Below are positions 10,745 through 22,068 of a DNA stretch of 64,000 nucleotides, in pieces. Position numbers and translations under genes: made by a program. The stretch is from Candidatus Latescibacterota bacterium. Lineage in GTDB: Bacteria > Latescibacterota > UBA2968 > UBA8231. Numbering within the stretch: the first letter of the stretch is position 1; the number at the start of each line of letters is the position of its first letter. The stretch lies in contig CBDBIJ010000015.1 in the NCBI GenBank assembly GCA_965205655.1, positions 64,001 through 128,000 on the forward strand, in the 5' to 3' direction. The notes beneath the pieces were generated by a model. The model saw only the letters and a list, made by a program, of their open reading frames with translations. It was not told where the DNA came from and ran no database searches.

Positions 10745-11728
10745 TTAGTTGTGGCTCTTGTGGTAGTGCGCCCTGAGGAGATCCTCGCCGAAGTTTCTCG
10801 TCAAATCGTGCCATACGGCGTGGATGTGATTGGCATCGTTTTGCGTGTTGTCGTATTCGGCCATGAAGGTCGGCCCCTGTAGTCGGTAGTAGTGACGGCC
10901 TCGCCGCTCGTGTGAGCCCGCCCAAGCAAAGTGGATCCGGTCGAGATCCGCACGCTCGAGCCTGTCCATCTCGAACGTGGCCACCGTTTTCGGCAACCGC
11001 GACACGTACACCTCCACGAGGGTTCGCAGCGCCTGTCGCTGGCTCTCGGTCATTTGCCGGCCCGCAAGTCCGGGCGGTTGCAGCTCCTCGCGCACGAATG
11101 GGGCGTTTCTGGTCAGGATGTCGTCGGGGGCCTCGCTGCTGACGACGGCAATCCGCTTCTGTTCGCCATCGAGGTCATAGAGGAGTTCCCGGGCCGTGTC
11201 TTCCTCGTCCTTGAGGGCCCGTAGCCCTGAGTGTTCGCCGTGACGCACTTCGGCGGGGTTGGCGCCAAAGAAATTCGGCGTTGACGATGCGAGACAGCCG
11301 TTCACGATGGTGTTGTTCAGCGACAGATGGTGTCCTTCGAAGCGCCAGCCCCAGGGATCGTCGGCACCCACGATTCCGAACACACTCATGTAGTAGAGCT
11401 CCGGGTCGCGGACAAATTTTGCCCCGGCTCCCTCGATTTCACCCAGGATCGGCTCCAGCCCGATGATCGTCTTCGCCCTGGCGTGGGCCGCGTCGCTCAA
11501 ACCGGTGGCTGCCAGGTCGAGCGCCGCCTGTTGTTGGCGTCGATCCATTTCCTTGAGCGGCAACCCCCTCCTCGGCCTGGGAACGTAGTGCCAGTTCGTT
11601 CGTTCCTCGTCGTCGCCGAAATCGATGACAGCTTTGCGGCGCTGCTCTTGCCCGAGTTCCTGCAGAAAACGATTCGCAGCCTCCGCCATTCGCTTTGCCG
11701 TCTCTCTGAGTTGAGTTGAGTCGATCAT
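10745..11728 (-). CDS. DUF3500 family protein
   Basis: WHYVP, WGWRFEGHHLSLN, EYDNTQNDANHIHAVW. Confidence 0.9.
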   Translation of the reverse strand: MIDSTQLRETAKRMAEAANRFLQELGQEQRRKAVIDFGDDEERTNWHYVPRPRRGLPLKEMDRRQQQAALDLAATGLSDAAHARAKTIIGLEPILGEIEGAGAKFVRDPELYYMSVFGIVGADDPWGWRFEGHHLSLNNTIVNGCLASSTPNFFGANPAEVRHGEHSGLRALKDEEDTARELLYDLDGEQKRIAVVSSEAPDDILTRNAPFVREELQPPGLAGRQMTESQRQALRTLVEVYVSRLPKTVATFEMDRLERADLDRIHFAWAGSHERRGRHYYRLQGPTFMAEYDNTQNDANHIHAVWHDLTRNFGEDLLRAHYHKSHN

Positions 11729-11766
11729 GGTCACGTTATCGCGTTTTGATGGCTGGCCACGCCTCC

Positions 11767-12516
11767 TCACGGGCGACGGGAAGCCAGATCGTCGCCGAGG
11801 TCGATGGTTGTAACCTCTTCGTCCGCTATCCCGACAGCAATGCGCAAGAAGCCAAGTACCTCATTCCCAGAGTTATAGATGCCGTGGCCTTCGCCGATTC
11901 CCTGAAACGTCACCGACCCCGGTTCCACTCGAAAGGTATCGCCATCGATCGTCATGTACCCTCTACCCTCGAGGACGACGAACGACTCCTCCAGGCCGCC
12001 GTGGTTGTGGTAGCCGACGGAGCTGTCGGGCGCCAGCACGGCGTGGTCGAGGAAGGTCCAGCTGCTCTCGAAATCGGAGTGGACCCAGATGTGCCGTGTG
12101 GCGATTCGACCTCGGCCCCCGTGTATGGCCGGTCGCCAGGACAGCTTCTCCTCGTCGACGGCCTCGATGCCGAAACTCCCTCCACCGTCTCGTGCGCCGG
12201 CGACACGGACGACGATTGCGGAAACGCTCGAATCGGAGGTGTTGACGAGGTGGTGGGGTGCTCCGGCACATCTCAAGACGCTCGGAGCCTGTACTGCCGC
12301 CTCGAATCCTTCGCTGTGGAATTCGCACGAACCCGCGAGCAGGAGGTAGCCGTACTCGCACGCCTCGAACACCGGGGTGTGTGAGTCGCTAGGTTCGAGG
12401 TGAATGCGGCGCAAGGGTAACCAGGGCGTTTGCTGTTGTGCTCCGGGCGAGGCTGGCGCTGCTGATTCGTCGCCTTGTGCCGCGTCAGCCAGTTCCCCGA
12501 TTTGCGCGTGCTTCAT
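11767..12516 (-). CDS. Bicupin-domain protein
   Basis: GYHNHGGLEESFVVLEGRG...GEGHGIYNSG cupin motifs plus a degenerate N-terminal cupin; start chosen by RBS. Confidence 0.8.
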   Translation of the reverse strand: MKHAQIGELADAAQGDESAAPASPGAQQQTPWLPLRRIHLEPSDSHTPVFEACEYGYLLLAGSCEFHSEGFEAAVQAPSVLRCAGAPHHLVNTSDSSVSAIVVRVAGARDGGGSFGIEAVDEEKLSWRPAIHGGRGRIATRHIWVHSDFESSWTFLDHAVLAPDSSVGYHNHGGLEESFVVLEGRGYMTIDGDTFRVEPGSVTFQGIGEGHGIYNSGNEVLGFLRIAVGIADEEVTTIDLGDDLASRRP

Positions 12517-12661
12517 TCCATCTCCGAGCTCGATCTCCGGCACGCCTCTTGCAAATCCTGCGATTGAGACGCGCTTCCCTCTTGTAGACGCGTCTCCTCT
12601 CCGAAGGCGAGAAGGTACGCCCGCCACGGATGACCGACAACGAGAGGGCTCTTCCGTCGGC

Positions 12662-12690
12662 TTGACTATCGGCCTGGTGAAGACTACATA
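12662..12690 (+). promoter_or_regulatory. Putative sigma70 promoter
   Basis: TTGACT-17bp-TACATA, followed by AGGAGG at 12709. Confidence 0.45.
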
Positions 12691-12757
12691 GACGGATCCT
12701 TTGACCATAGGAGGCGTAATGACCGGCTTCTTCGCGTCGCTGCTTGACTGACACCTC

Positions 12758-13466
12758 GTGGCGGCCGACGTCATCGCTCTCGTCCTGCCGTCCTTCACGC
12801 CAGTTGGAACTTCGCTGTCCGCAGGGTCGCCGGCGATCTTCTCGTCATCTGGCTTGGATGGCTCGCAGCCGCCTTTCTGTACGCCCCCTTCGGATTGTGG
12901 CTCATCTGGAACAGTCCCGATGCCATCCGGCTGACACCGAAGGTGGCCGGCTGCGTCGTCGGCACCGGGCTCGTTCACGCCCTCTATACCTACCTCCTCG
13001 CCCGCGCCTACGAACTCGGCGAGCTGTCTGTCGTATATCCGATCGCGCGAGGCACCGGCGTGGGCCTCACTTCCCTCCTCGCCTTTTTCTATCTGGACGA
13101 GCCGATATCACGACTCGGCGCCCTGGGAGTGACGCTCCACTTCTCTACATCTGGCTCTTATACCTGCTGATGGCCACCTTCGTTTGGCCGCTCGTCCACA
13201 CGAGGAACGAGCCCAGCTTGATTGACTGCGCGCGCCGGAATCTGCTTTCCGTCCTCCTCATCGGACCGGGATCGCTGCTGACCTATCTGATGATCCTCTT
13301 CGCCTTTCGAATGGAGCGGGTGAGCTACGTCGTCGCCGTCCGCGAGTTCGCCGTCGTCATCGGCGCCGCAATTGGCATTGTCGTGCTCCGCGAGCGCTTC
13401 ACGCTTGCGAAAGCAGTGGCTATTGCCGGTATTACGGCCGGCCTGATCTGTATTGGGGCGGCGTGA
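12758..13466 (+). pseudogene. EamA/DMT transporter, frameshifted with internal deletion
   Basis: Fragments in different frames: LHASWN, LSVVYPIARG and VSYVVAVREFAVV. The middle TM segments are missing near 13135. Confidence 0.8.
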
Positions 13467-13518
13467 CGACGAGGAGCAGGTTACGGGAACTTCGTCAACC
13501 CTGGCTCTTCTTACGATG

Positions 13519-14575
13519 CGCGAATTCACATACTAAGTGCGATAAGAGGCGATCTGGGATACTGTAGTCTCCTAACCCGGCTAAAGGAAGGGAGGCTACG
13601 TTGGCGTATCACCAGATCACCTGTGAAGAACGATACATCATTTGGGCACTGAGACGAAAAGAGGTAACCGTGGCTGAGATCGCACGGACCCTTGGACGGC
13701 ATCCAAGTTCGATCTATCGAGAGGTCCAACGCAACCGCGGGCGAGCGGATGGATTCTACCGGCCTTTGCAGGCGCACGGCTACGCGCGTACCAGGCGGTC
13801 GCACTCGCGGCGGAACTTCCGCCTCTCCACCGCTGACTGGGATCTCGTCCAGGAACTGCTCAAGAACGACTGGAGCCCCGAGCAGATCGCTGGATGGCTC
13901 CGTCGCTACCGAATCCTCGAGATCAGCCACGAGACCATTTATCGTCACGTCTGGGCTGACAAACGACGCGGTGGCTCCCTCTACCAGCACCTGCGCGGCG
14001 CCACCAAACTACGACGTAAGCGACACGGCACCTACGACTCTCGAGGACGACTGGCCGGAAAGAGGCCGATCGAGGACCGACCCGCCGCGGCCGACAACCG
14101 CTCCCGCGTCGGACACTGGGAGGCCGACACAATGCTCGGCGACGGCAGGCCGTGCGTCGTCACCCTCGTGGAACGAAAGACCGGGTACGTCGAGATCGGA
14201 AAGCTCAACGCGCGAACGGCCGACGAGCTCAGCCGACGGACTCTCCAGCTCATCCACCGCCAACCCCGCCCCGTACACACCATCACCGCAGACAACGGAA
14301 CCGAATTCCACAGCTACGCCGACATCGAGCGCGTCACCGATACCCGCTTCTACTTCGCCAATCCCCATCACGCCTGGGAACGAGGCACCAACGAGAACAC
14401 CAATGGCCTCATTCGACAGTACTTGTCCAAGAAAAAAAGCATGGCCGACCTCACCCAGTACGACTGCAACGCCATCGCACGAAAACTCAACCGAAGACCA
14501 CGAAAACGACTCGGATATCTAACCCCAGAGGAGTGCTACAATCCCTGAGTGTCGCACTTCAAAGTTGATGCTACG
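13519..14575 (+). mobile_element. IS30-family insertion sequence (element A)
   Basis: Imperfect 25-bp inverted ends sharing AAGTGCGA (CGCGAATTCACATACTAAGTGCGAT / CGTAGCATCAACTTTGAAGTGCGAC); ATG directly repeated on both flanks. Confidence 0.85.
13601..14548 (+). CDS. IS30-family DDE transposase
   Basis: HTH RHPSSIYREV, WSPEQIAG, GHWEAD, DNGTEF, WERGTNENTNGLIRQY, RPRKRLGY. Confidence 0.96.
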   Translation: MAYHQITCEERYIIWALRRKEVTVAEIARTLGRHPSSIYREVQRNRGRADGFYRPLQAHGYARTRRSHSRRNFRLSTADWDLVQELLKNDWSPEQIAGWLRRYRILEISHETIYRHVWADKRRGGSLYQHLRGATKLRRKRHGTYDSRGRLAGKRPIEDRPAAADNRSRVGHWEADTMLGDGRPCVVTLVERKTGYVEIGKLNARTADELSRRTLQLIHRQPRPVHTITADNGTEFHSYADIERVTDTRFYFANPHHAWERGTNENTNGLIRQYLSKKKSMADLTQYDCNAIARKLNRRPRKRLGYLTPEECYNP

Positions 14576-14621
14576 ATGACGAAAACGGTGCGCTCGGCCA
14601 TCTGGAGGGGGAAAACGACTC

Positions 14622-17600
14622 ATGTCAATCTCGCTGCGTTGCGGCGGGCTCGTGGTTTCGCTCACAATCGGCCTGGCGACGGACGCCACAGCGGCAAACC
14701 GGATCTTCAACTTCGACGTCGTGCGTCAGCACGACGCCGCCACGATCAGCTGGGAAAGCCGTTTCCCCGGAGTCAATGACACCCTGCGCTACCGGGTGAC
14801 GGACGCGCCAGAATGGCAGGTTGCCGTCAACCCCGACCTGCAGGGCACGACCTCACTGATTCTCGACGCCACCCTCCTCCTCATCGACGCTGGTGTGGAT
14901 GTTGGTGACGGGGATACCGATCCGTTCAGAGCGGCCTTATCAGCTGGCGGTATTGACCCGCCGTACGAAGAGGGATTCCTCGAGGCACTTCAGGCGTTCG
15001 ACCGCATTCTGCGGTCTCGCCGGCACCGGATCACGACGGCAGGGCTTCTCTCAGATACTCAATACGAATACGAAGCTCTTTCCGTCAGCTTGCAGGACAA
15101 TCGCAGCGAGCTCCACGCCGGATTCTTCCGCACCAGGGCAGCGCCCGACTTGCGGCAGGTGACGGGAACCGACCTCGACATTCAGACGACGCCGTCGACG
15201 GCCGTGGCGAACTGGTTCACGAACCGCGCCTGCGACACCCGTTTGTTGGTCAACGAAATCGGACTGGAGCCCGACATAGAGGAAGCGCGACTCGATGAGG
15301 GACAGGGGTCTCTCTTTCACATCGCCTCTGCTGCGGGCTTGAAACCGGATACGGAGTACGAGTTCGTCGTCACCTCCCGGCTCGTGGGTGCCGACGGTCT
15401 CATCGCAGCTGGCATGCTGACGGAGGACGACGCGAGTGTGGTCAAGACCGGGAGCTTTCGGACTCGGCGACAGCGGGAGCCGCTGCGACTTCTGACACCT
15501 CCAGCCCGTATCCTCAGCGCCGAGAGAGCGACGATCGACGTGCGGTTCAATCAGATCGCGCTGGCGACAATCGACTACGGCGAGGTGCCGTCCTCTGATG
15601 CCTACCCGATCTCACTCACTTCGGCTGACATTCTCAGAACCCACAGTATCACCCTGTCGGATCTGACGCCTGCCACCACCTACCGCTACCTCATTGGGGC
15701 CGTCACCCCGGACGGGGACAGCTTGACGACCGATCCAGGCGGCAACGAGCAATGGAATCGGGATCTGACGTTCAGCACGGCGGCCGCTGGTGACACGCTG
15801 CCACCCGTCATCATCGAGGGGCCGTCAGTGATCGCCGGCGACGTCATCGCCATTGTCAGCTTCACCACCGATGTGGATACCCGCGCTACCGTCTTCTTCG
15901 GGACGCGAGGCGGCACTTACGGGACCGCCGACGAGTTCGAAATCCCCGATCACACGCCGGATGGCAAACTGAGGCTGTCGCACGAGCACTTCATCACCAT
16001 CGGCGGCCTGGATCTCGGCACCGAGTACGAGTACGGCATCCTCGTGGAGGCGCCGAACGGTAAGTCCGCGAGCTTCGAGCGCGACCTGTTTGCCGGTAAA
16101 GTCACAGCCGTTCACCAGCCTCCAGGTGGCGGCGGCAGCTTTACCACGAGCAATCAGCCCGACACCCAGTTTCCCGTCATCCTCTCCGGGCCCACGGTGA
16201 CGTCGAAAACGCACGACACCGCGATCGTCGAGTACACCACGGACGAACCGGCTACGGGCGAGGTCCGCTTTGGCACTCTTGGGCTCGACGACTTCGCGAA
16301 CTCCGGCGAGAGCAGGACGAAGCACAAATTCATCCTGAGCAATCTCGATCCGGCGACTCGGTACAATTATCTGGTGGCGTCGACGGACGCCTCTGGGAAC
16401 GGGGCTACGGAGTCGGCCATGGCGGTGTTCACCACCGACCCGGAGATCGACGTGACGGCGCCGTCTCTGGGTGACCCGGTCATCATCTACAAAAACGATG
16501 AGAGCGCCACGGTGCAGTGGACGGCGGACGAGGAGTCCACCGGCGAAGTTGAGTTCGGCGCCGACACCGGGCCTCGGCTTCATCCGCAGCTTGCCCGAGA
16601 CGGCCTCACAGCACGAGATCACGCTGACGAACCTGGAGGCGAACACGGAGTATTTCTACAAGGTCTCCTCGTCGGATTTGAGCAACAACGGTCCCAGCGA
16701 GTCAACGGTGTTTTCCTTCACCACCGATGCGACGGCTGATCTGGATTCGCCCGAGATCTCCAACGTGCTCTTCGAGCCGGCCGATGAGGAGGCCGTCATC
16801 ACCTGGACGACGAACGAGCTGGCCGACAGCTTCATCGACTTCGGCACGACCTCGGGTCTGTTGGATGTGGCGGTGGGCTCGGTGGAGGATGTGCTCGAGC
16901 ACGAGGTCATTCTGACGAACCTGACGGCGGGCACGACCTACTTTTTCACCGCCGGCTCCATCGACCGGGCCAACAACCCGGCCGCCGCCAGCGCCGAGCT
17001 CAGCTTTGCCACCCTGGACGCGGCCGGCGGCCCCCGCCAACCTGGCCGGCACGAGCGGCAACGCCCAGGCCCTGCTCAGTTGGGATGCCAACACCGAGCT
17101 CGATTTCGCCAGTTACACCCTGTCGCGACGGCTGACCGGCGAGGCCGATTTCGCGGCCATCGCCTCGGGGCTAGCGGAGGCAAGCTACACCGATCTGGGG
17201 CTCGTCAACGACCAGAGCTACGACTACGAAGTCAACGCCGTGGGACCGCACCGACAACATCTCGGTGGCCTCGAACGCCTCCTCCGTCATCCCCACAGCC
17301 ACCATGGCGCCCTCGCTGGTCAGTGATCTGTCGCGTTCGGGCGAAGCCCTCACACCGACGTTCGTTTTTAGCGATGCGACGCCCTTCACCGCCGGCGCCT
17401 CCCTGACCTACACGGTGCAGGTGTCCACGCTCGATGATTTTTCGAACGTCGTCGACTCCGAATCCGACATCCTGGCCGGCGCCGGGAATGTGGGCGCCGG
17501 ACAGACGGGCTGGACGATCACCCGCGAGCTCACCGATGGGACGACCTACTACTGGCGCGTGCGCGCCGTGGAGGGCTCGCTCATCGGAAACTGGACGGCG

Positions 17601-18557
17601 ACGCAGGAATTCATCGCTCAGGCCGTCGTGCTCGAGGGCGACTTCAATGGCGATCTGGCCGTCGATCTCGACGACTTCTTCGAGTTCGCCAACAACTTCG
17701 GCCAGTCGGCCACCGGCGATGCGGCCAAGTTCGATCTCGACGGTGACGGTCAGGTCGATCTCGACGACTTCTTCCGGTTCGCCAACAACTTCGGCACCTC
17801 GGTTGCCGGCAAGCCGTGGGCCTTCGCCCACTTCCTCGACGAGCAGGCCCACATCCGGCTCGAGGCATCGGGTGGCAGCCGCGCCGATGAGGGCGGGCGC
17901 ACACACGCGCCTATCGCCGTGCGCGTCGACGCCACCGGTGTCGAAGAGATGACCGCCTTCGGCCTCGTCATCGGCTACGATCCAACCGCCGTCCGCTTCG
18001 AGCGGGCCGGCGCCGGGCACCTGCTCGAGTCGCAGGGCGGCGAAGCGCCCTTCTTCCAGGTCTTCCGTCACACCCCCGGGCTCATCGTCATCGGCAACGG
18101 CCTGGCCAGCGGCGAGCCCGTCTCCGGCCATGGACCGCTCGCCGAACTCGTCTTCGTCACCACCACGACAGGCCCCACGAACGACGCCTTCTTCGATCTG
18201 AGGGACGCCGTCATCGCCCGCGACGACGGCACCGTCCATCGCGTCGCCCGGCTCGTCGCCGCGCAGCTGCGGCCGGCCGAGTTTCGACTCGGGGCCAACT
18301 TCCCCAACCCCTTCAACCCCACCACGAGTATCGACTACGATGTGCCCCAGGCCGCACCGGTCGAGCTCGTCATCTATGATGTCCTCGGACAAAAAGTGAA
18401 AACCCTCGTCGACGACGGCGACCACCACGCCGGCTTCCACACCGCCGTGTGGGACGGCACCGATGCGCACAACCGACCCGTCGGAAACGGCCTCTACTTC
18501 TATCGACTCACCGCCGACAGATTCCACAGCGTCGGCAAAATGATGCTCCTCAAGTAG
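14622..18557 (+). pseudogene. Large secreted Fn3-repeat protein with dockerin-like EF-hand pair, cohesin-like domain and FlgD-Ig/T9SS-like C-terminal domain; three frame breaks (~16571, ~17025, ~17243)
   Basis: Signal peptide, repeated H.(I/V).L..L...T.Y.Y Fn3 motifs, GDFNGD..VDLDDFF twice, NFPNPFNP...GLYFYRL...KMMLLK. Pieces are in ORFs 14622, 16471, 17006 and 17265. Confidence 0.82.
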
Positions 18558-18585
18558 AGAGACTGCGACTGCCCGACGAATCGGG

Positions 18586-19888
18586 TCAGCGGATGGGTAT
18601 GAGCTCCACCCTGCGATTCATGGCACGTCCCCGGGAGGTCGAGTTCGACGCGATGGGGTCCGCCTCTCCGAAGGCTTCCAGGGTCAGGCGCCAGTTCTCG
18701 ACACCCCGCGCTACGAGGTGGTCGCGAACGACACCGCACCGCACTCCTGACAGACGCAGATTGACGCTCCAGCTGCCGACACTGTCCGAGTAGCCGCGCA
18801 GCTCGAGCTCCGCTTTCTCATGCTTTATGAGATAGTCTGCTACCCTGTCGAGGTATGCCTCGTTCTCGGGAGTCAGCTTCGCGCCACCGGTGGGGAAGAA
18901 GATTGTTTCGAACGCGAAGCCCGGCTGACCTGGGCCCAGATTCTCCGACTTCGAGCCGCTTGCGGTCCGGCGCCCGGGGCCGTCGGCGATGAGAGGATTT
19001 CCTCCACGCTCTATTTCCCTTTCCATCATCGATTCCGTCCTCATCCGAATCCGTCCGGTTCGGATTCGTTCCGTGGACCTCTACTTCTTCCCGGTCGTCG
19101 AGGCCATCGCCGTCGCTGTCCATCATGAGCGGGTTGGTGAAATGCACGGTCGTTTCATCCAGGTCGCCGAGCCCGTCGCCGTCGCGGTCCGCGCCCCTGT
19201 GCGTCGGCGGCTCGACTCGATCCGCCCGCGACAGTTGCCTCACCGACGATTCAGCGTCGAAGCGACGTGTCGGCACGTGCGACTCTGTGATCTCCACGGC
19301 TTTGCCGCCGGTTGAAATCGTCAATCCCGCCTGCGCCAGCCAGAAACCGTCGTTCCCCTTCTCGAGGCTGGTCCCGTCCAGATCGTCCCGCAAGCTGTAG
19401 GTGTAGCCGGTGCTCAGCTCGAAGGATACGCGGTCGGTCAGTGTTGTCTGGATCCCGACTCCGGCCGGTAGTATCGCGCTCCAAGCGATGCGCTCGCGAT
19501 CGGATGTCGCCCCCGCTGGCAGCGTGTCGATGTCATGACGCGCCGCGCCCACACCACCGAAGGCGAAGGGCCGCCACGCCGTCGCCGACCGCGGCCCGAC
19601 GAGGACGCGCGCGTCGGCCATGGCGAGGTCGGTGGCGTGAACGGCCCCGGAGAGGCGGCCATAGCCCGCCCCAGCCTCCACGACGAGGTGTGAACGGATT
19701 GCGTATCGAATGAAGAGTCGCCCGTGAACACTGGCGTCATCTGTGAGATCGGTGCGGCCCATGAGCAGACCGGATCGAAATCCGACTCTGGCCGGAGAGA
19801 ACACACTGGCGGCGACGGTAGGAGCGGCGGCGGCTATCGTCACCACCACCGGGACCAGCGCGGACGTCAAGCGAGCCATCCCTCTCAT
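18586..19888 (-). pseudogene. OmpA-family outer membrane protein (beta-barrel, TSP3-like Ca-binding repeats, OmpA C-terminal domain), frameshift near 19020
   Basis: DRDGDGLGD and DSDGDGLDD repeats. The C-terminal ORF has GYSDSVG..NLRLS..R and NRRVE. Confidence 0.85.
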
Positions 19889-20491
19889 CCCGCTTCACCC
19901 TTTTCGGCCAGGAGCCGCACGATGGCGGCCGTCTTCCCCTCCCCCTGCTCGGACGCCGGGACCTCTGAATCCTCGTAGTGACGAATTCGCCAGCTCCCGA
20001 AGGCTTCGAGAACGTTAGACCCATCGGCCAGATGGTCGGGATTGCGCGGACCCCAGTCTCGGTTCAGTTGATCTGTGGAGAAGGTTTGGATCAGAAAGTG
20101 ACCCGCCGGTCTGACAGCAGATCGAATGCCCGGAAAGAGGCTCTCATCATATGTAGTAGAGCATGGTAATCAGGTCGTAGGCGTCTCTGCCCATGTCGTA
20201 GTCGTTCATATCGGCCACTACGGCCTCGACCTCGACACCGCGATCACGGGCCAGATCCTCACACAAGGCCACACCCCTCTCCGAGATGTCGACGGCGGTA
20301 ACAGCGAAGCCTCGCTCCGCGAGGAATACGGCATTGCGACCACAGCCGACGGCGATGCAGAGGGCGCGGCCAGCCGCAAGGGACGCGCTCACCTCGACGA
20401 GGAAGGGATCCGGGTCGGTGGCCGGGATGTAGTCGGCCGCACCGTAGCGGTCGTCCCACTTTCGCCTCGCCGCGGCCGCGTGCCCACCCAC
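19885..20491 (-). pseudogene. Class I SAM methyltransferase (TehB-like), frameshift near 20150
   Basis: KWDDRY and GCGRNAVFLAERGFAVTAVDIS. It continues in another frame as YDESLFPGIRSAVRPAGHFLIQTF...LLAEKGEAG to a stop overlapping the ompA start. Confidence 0.8.
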
Positions 20492-22068
20492 TTCTACTGG
20501 CCTCAATGCGGTGCTGATTCTCGACGAATCTCGCGTACCGCGGGTGTCACTTTCGATACTATTTTGACAAACAACCGAATTCAATGGACGTTTTGAGAAT
20601 TCTCCTGCTCGGCTACTCAAATTCGCCTCATTATCCGCACTTGGGATAAACGATGACGGAAGTCTCCGACGCCAGCCCGGCGCGCGAAGTATTCTACGCC
20701 ATTCTGGGCGAGCCCATTCCCAAGAATACGAATCTCCTGCGAACGGCCGCCGAGTACCGCCACTTTCGCACCATCTACGCGGCCCAGAAGCAGCTCAATG
20801 AGCTGATGAAGAGTTCGAGCCTCGACGCCGAGGTCCGGCTCATCATGATCGACCGGACGTCGGATATCCCGCGCAAGCTCTGGGACCTGTCCCACGCCAC
20901 CTGTGTCATCATCTTCGGCCCGAACTTTCCGTGGCTCAGCGAGGCCACCATCCGTCTGTGGGCCACATCCGGCCGAGACCGATTCATCGTCGTGTGCCAC
21001 GAACCGAAGAACGCCCTGTTCACATGGGATCGACTCCGCGAAATCGGTGACCAGCTGAATGTGAAGGGGTACCAATCTGCTACCAATGAAGAGGATTCGA
21101 ACAGCTTCTGGCTCGGTTTCTTCAACGAGCAGCTGAGACCCCTCATCGAGCAGAAGGCGGCCATGTCGAAGCAAGACATCGCCCAGTACAGCCGGTCTCT
21201 GAGTGGCCAGGAAGTGTCAGACGTGCTGGCGAACGACCATGAAGCCATGAGATATCCTTCCCGGCTTTCCCCACATCTGCCGCAGAGCCATTCAGGCCAT
21301 CGACGAGGACAAATCTCATACGGCCGTTGCCAGAATCATCGAGCCGGATGGCGCGCTCCAAGCCTCCATTGTCAGGACTTCGAATCTGGCACGCTACGGG
21401 GCCCGCGAGCGCATCGAGACGCTGCCGACCGCTCTCGCCATGATCGGCATGCAGGAGACCCGCAAGATTCTCACTAGCAAGGCGATGAGCGACCTCACCC
21501 GCAAGGTCGATCAGGCCGGCTTCGTCACCAAGGATTTCTTCTCCCACAGCGTCAGCGTCGGACACATGGCGCAGATTCTCAGCCTCAACCTCGATGCCCC
21601 ATCGGACAAGGAAAAGGAGATTCTCAAGGGCCTCGACTTGCCGCCCTTCATCATCGATACCGTGCGGCGGTTCAAATACTGGTCCCTCTTCGATCTGGAC
21701 GAGAAGTTCGACGCATTCACGGCGGGAATTCTCCACGATGTGGGAAAAATCCTCAACACGGTGTGTTACAAGGACACTTATCCGCTCATCCTCTACGAGA
21801 TCGAACGAAGCAAGTGGCAGGTGCGGCTGCTCGATTGCGAGGTCTCCGTCGTCGGCAACCTCCAGCACCCGGTAACGAGCGGCGCCCTCCTCGAGCGCTG
21901 GGAGGTGTTCCCCCACCTCGTCGAGCCCATCCGCGGCCACCACAGAGTCGAGGAGTACAGTCTGCCCGAGACTGTCCTCGTAGCGTTGTCCAACTGCCTT
22001 GTGAAAGGAAGCGGGGGTATATTCAATCGGTCAATGCAACATTCTCCCCACTAATCTAATCATAGGAG

